Shown here one piece after another: positions 15,127 to 16,199 of a stretch of DNA of 16,199 nucleotides (the stretch's first letter is position 1; every line of letters begins with the position of its first letter). The stretch spans positions 1-16,199 of the forward strand of contig JALGVI010000065.1 of assembly GCA_029838215.1 (NCBI GenBank), read 5' to 3'. Under the pieces are notes generated by a model. The model did no database searches. It had not been told where the DNA came from and saw only the letters and a program-made list of their open reading frames with translations. Origin of the DNA: Candidatus Helarchaeota archaeon (GTDB lineage Archaea; Asgardarchaeota; Lokiarchaeia; Helarchaeales; RDOG01). The translations under genes and the position numbers were made by a program.

Positions 15127-16047
15127 TCAGGGAATGATTTGTTCTCGCATTAAATCATAGCGAAATCCTTGCAACGTGAATGGATCATAGAGGTGCATTA
15201 TTGGAGCCTTTGACCGGACACCAAACCCTAGCACGTTCTTTACAGCTTCAGAAAGTAGTTGGTGTGCCGTGCCCCATATGAAGACGGATGTCCGTCCTGT
15301 CATCTGTGTTTTTTTCATGAGTTCAATACTTTTCTCATCATATCGCTTTGCAAGTCCCGGTATTCGCGATAGTTTGGAAAGAACACGTCCAGTGATTTGG
15401 AGTTCTTCATCTCGAGTAAGGTCCGCAACGTCCTTATCCTTGAGAAAATCAGTTACTCCATAGGCTTCTGTCCACGTGGGACCGTCAGGATGATGCACGA
15501 TGGCATTATTGAACATTAGGCCCCACCCTTCAATGGCGAGGATGCCCTTTCGCCGACAGGCTTCTGCCAGGGCTATTGCACCTTTAATGCCATCAATCGT
15601 ATGGATCACCAAGTTGGCATCCTTGATCAGATCATCAACATTGTCCGGACTTACTTCAGCGTGGATGGCTCGAACTCGTGCAAGTCCCAATTGTTGTAAT
15701 AAAACTCTTGTATACGTTGCTTTAGACACGCCGATGGATTCCGTACGTGCTCCGTATTGCCTGACGAAATTCTCGGACGTGATGCCCAAAGCGCCTAGCC
15801 CGCAACAACAAACCTTGGTAAGGGCGATTTTTGCCATGTCTTTCCACGTTTTCGTGATGCAACCAAACTGCCGGTCGTGGATCTTGTTTAAAAAGTTACG
15901 ATCATTTTTTAAAAATTCAATTTTTGCCGCAATCTTCTCTTCGGCATGGTGAAGATTTTCATTGATAGTGATTTGAGGTTTATTTAATGATTCAGTCATT
16001 TTCTTCATGAACTCCAAATGTAAAAATGAAAGAATTCGATCTTTCAT
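15127..16047 (-). CDS. ThiF/MoeB/E1-like (HesA family) protein with an apparent ~22-aa internal deletion in the nucleotide-binding fold; possible pseudo-enzyme or pseudogene
   Basis: RQFG...KVCCCGLGALG, NFVRQ, IGVSKA, VSPDNVDDLIKDANLVIHTID, ALAEACRRKGI, HPDGPTW. The start is uncertain (ATG 16047 or a later Met). Confidence 0.85.
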   Translation of the reverse strand: MKDRILSFLHLEFMKKMTESLNKPQITINENLHHAEEKIAAKIEFLKNDRNFLNKIHDRQFGCITKTWKDMAKIALTKVCCCGLGALGITSENFVRQYGARTESIGVSKATYTRVLLQQLGLARVRAIHAEVSPDNVDDLIKDANLVIHTIDGIKGAIALAEACRRKGILAIEGWGLMFNNAIVHHPDGPTWTEAYGVTDFLKDKDVADLTRDEELQITGRVLSKLSRIPGLAKRYDEKSIELMKKTQMTGRTSVFIWGTAHQLLSEAVKNVLGFGVRSKAPIMHLYDPFTLQGFRYDLMREQIIP

Positions 16048-16199
16048 CTTTTTTTCATGTATTCGGTGATTAATTCTTTTCCAGTAGGGTTATCTTTGTA
16101 TCTAAGCTTAAAAAAAAAGTCTGTAGCGTGTTTTTTTATCGGTTTTGAAAGATGACTTGAGTCGAATCGGATCAAAATTGGATAAAAGTTCAATTTTTT

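Noticed and set aside
15269-15952. 64- and 150-aa plus-strand ORFs
   Set aside because: Antisense shadows of the ThiF-like gene.
4013-16064. 16-bp exact direct repeat TTTTTTTCATGTATTC at 4013-4028 and 16049-16064
   Set aside because: Low complexity (T7), only two copies 12 kb apart in AT-rich DNA, and no flanking similarity; compatible with chance.
14314-16199. Microcin C-like RiPP cluster (ThiF plus methyltransferase plus short precursor)
   Set aside because: The only upstream mini-ORF is MKKR* overlapping the start codon. There is no Asn-terminated precursor, no recognisable MccB peptide-clamp region, and the adenylation motif is disrupted.
1-16199. CRISPR array, tRNA/rRNA, transposase, integrase or terminal inverted repeats
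   Set aside because: No periodic repeats, cloverleaf or rRNA-like segments, or recombinase motifs were seen on reading. A tRNAscan/Infernal run would be the decisive check.

Overview
A gene-dense, AT-rich prokaryotic chromosomal segment, most likely from an Asgard archaeon (Lokiarchaeia-like). This taxonomy is inferred from a stand-alone gelsolin-type domain protein, Sulfolobus/hSSB1-type OB folds, GAGGTG/AGGAGG ribosome-binding sites and T-tract terminators. In order it contains: the 3' part of a class II ribonucleotide reductase (nrdJ); a minus-strand run of a gelsolin-like protein, unannotated small ORF(s), an EamA transporter, a flavin reductase-like protein and a CruF/DUF422 membrane protein; a SAM methyltransferase; an orphan 180-aa protein; a tandem GNAT; a winged-helix regulator; an MFS transporter; two adjacent proteins each built from tandem divergent Lrp/AsnC-like units; and a convergent minus-strand operon of a ThiF/E1-like protein, a SAM methyltransferase and a tandem-OB SSB/RPA. 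I saw no rRNA, tRNA, CRISPR array, transposase or intein. The main leads are: (1) a hidden small-ORF region just downstream of the gelsolin gene that resembles a WH2/thymosin-central-acidic (WCA) actin-regulator module but is split by a TAA (speculative); (2) a ThiF/E1-like gene lacking about 22 core residues of its nucleotide-binding fold; (3) the tandem Lrp-like gene pair. All calls come from motif reading by eye; no searches were run.
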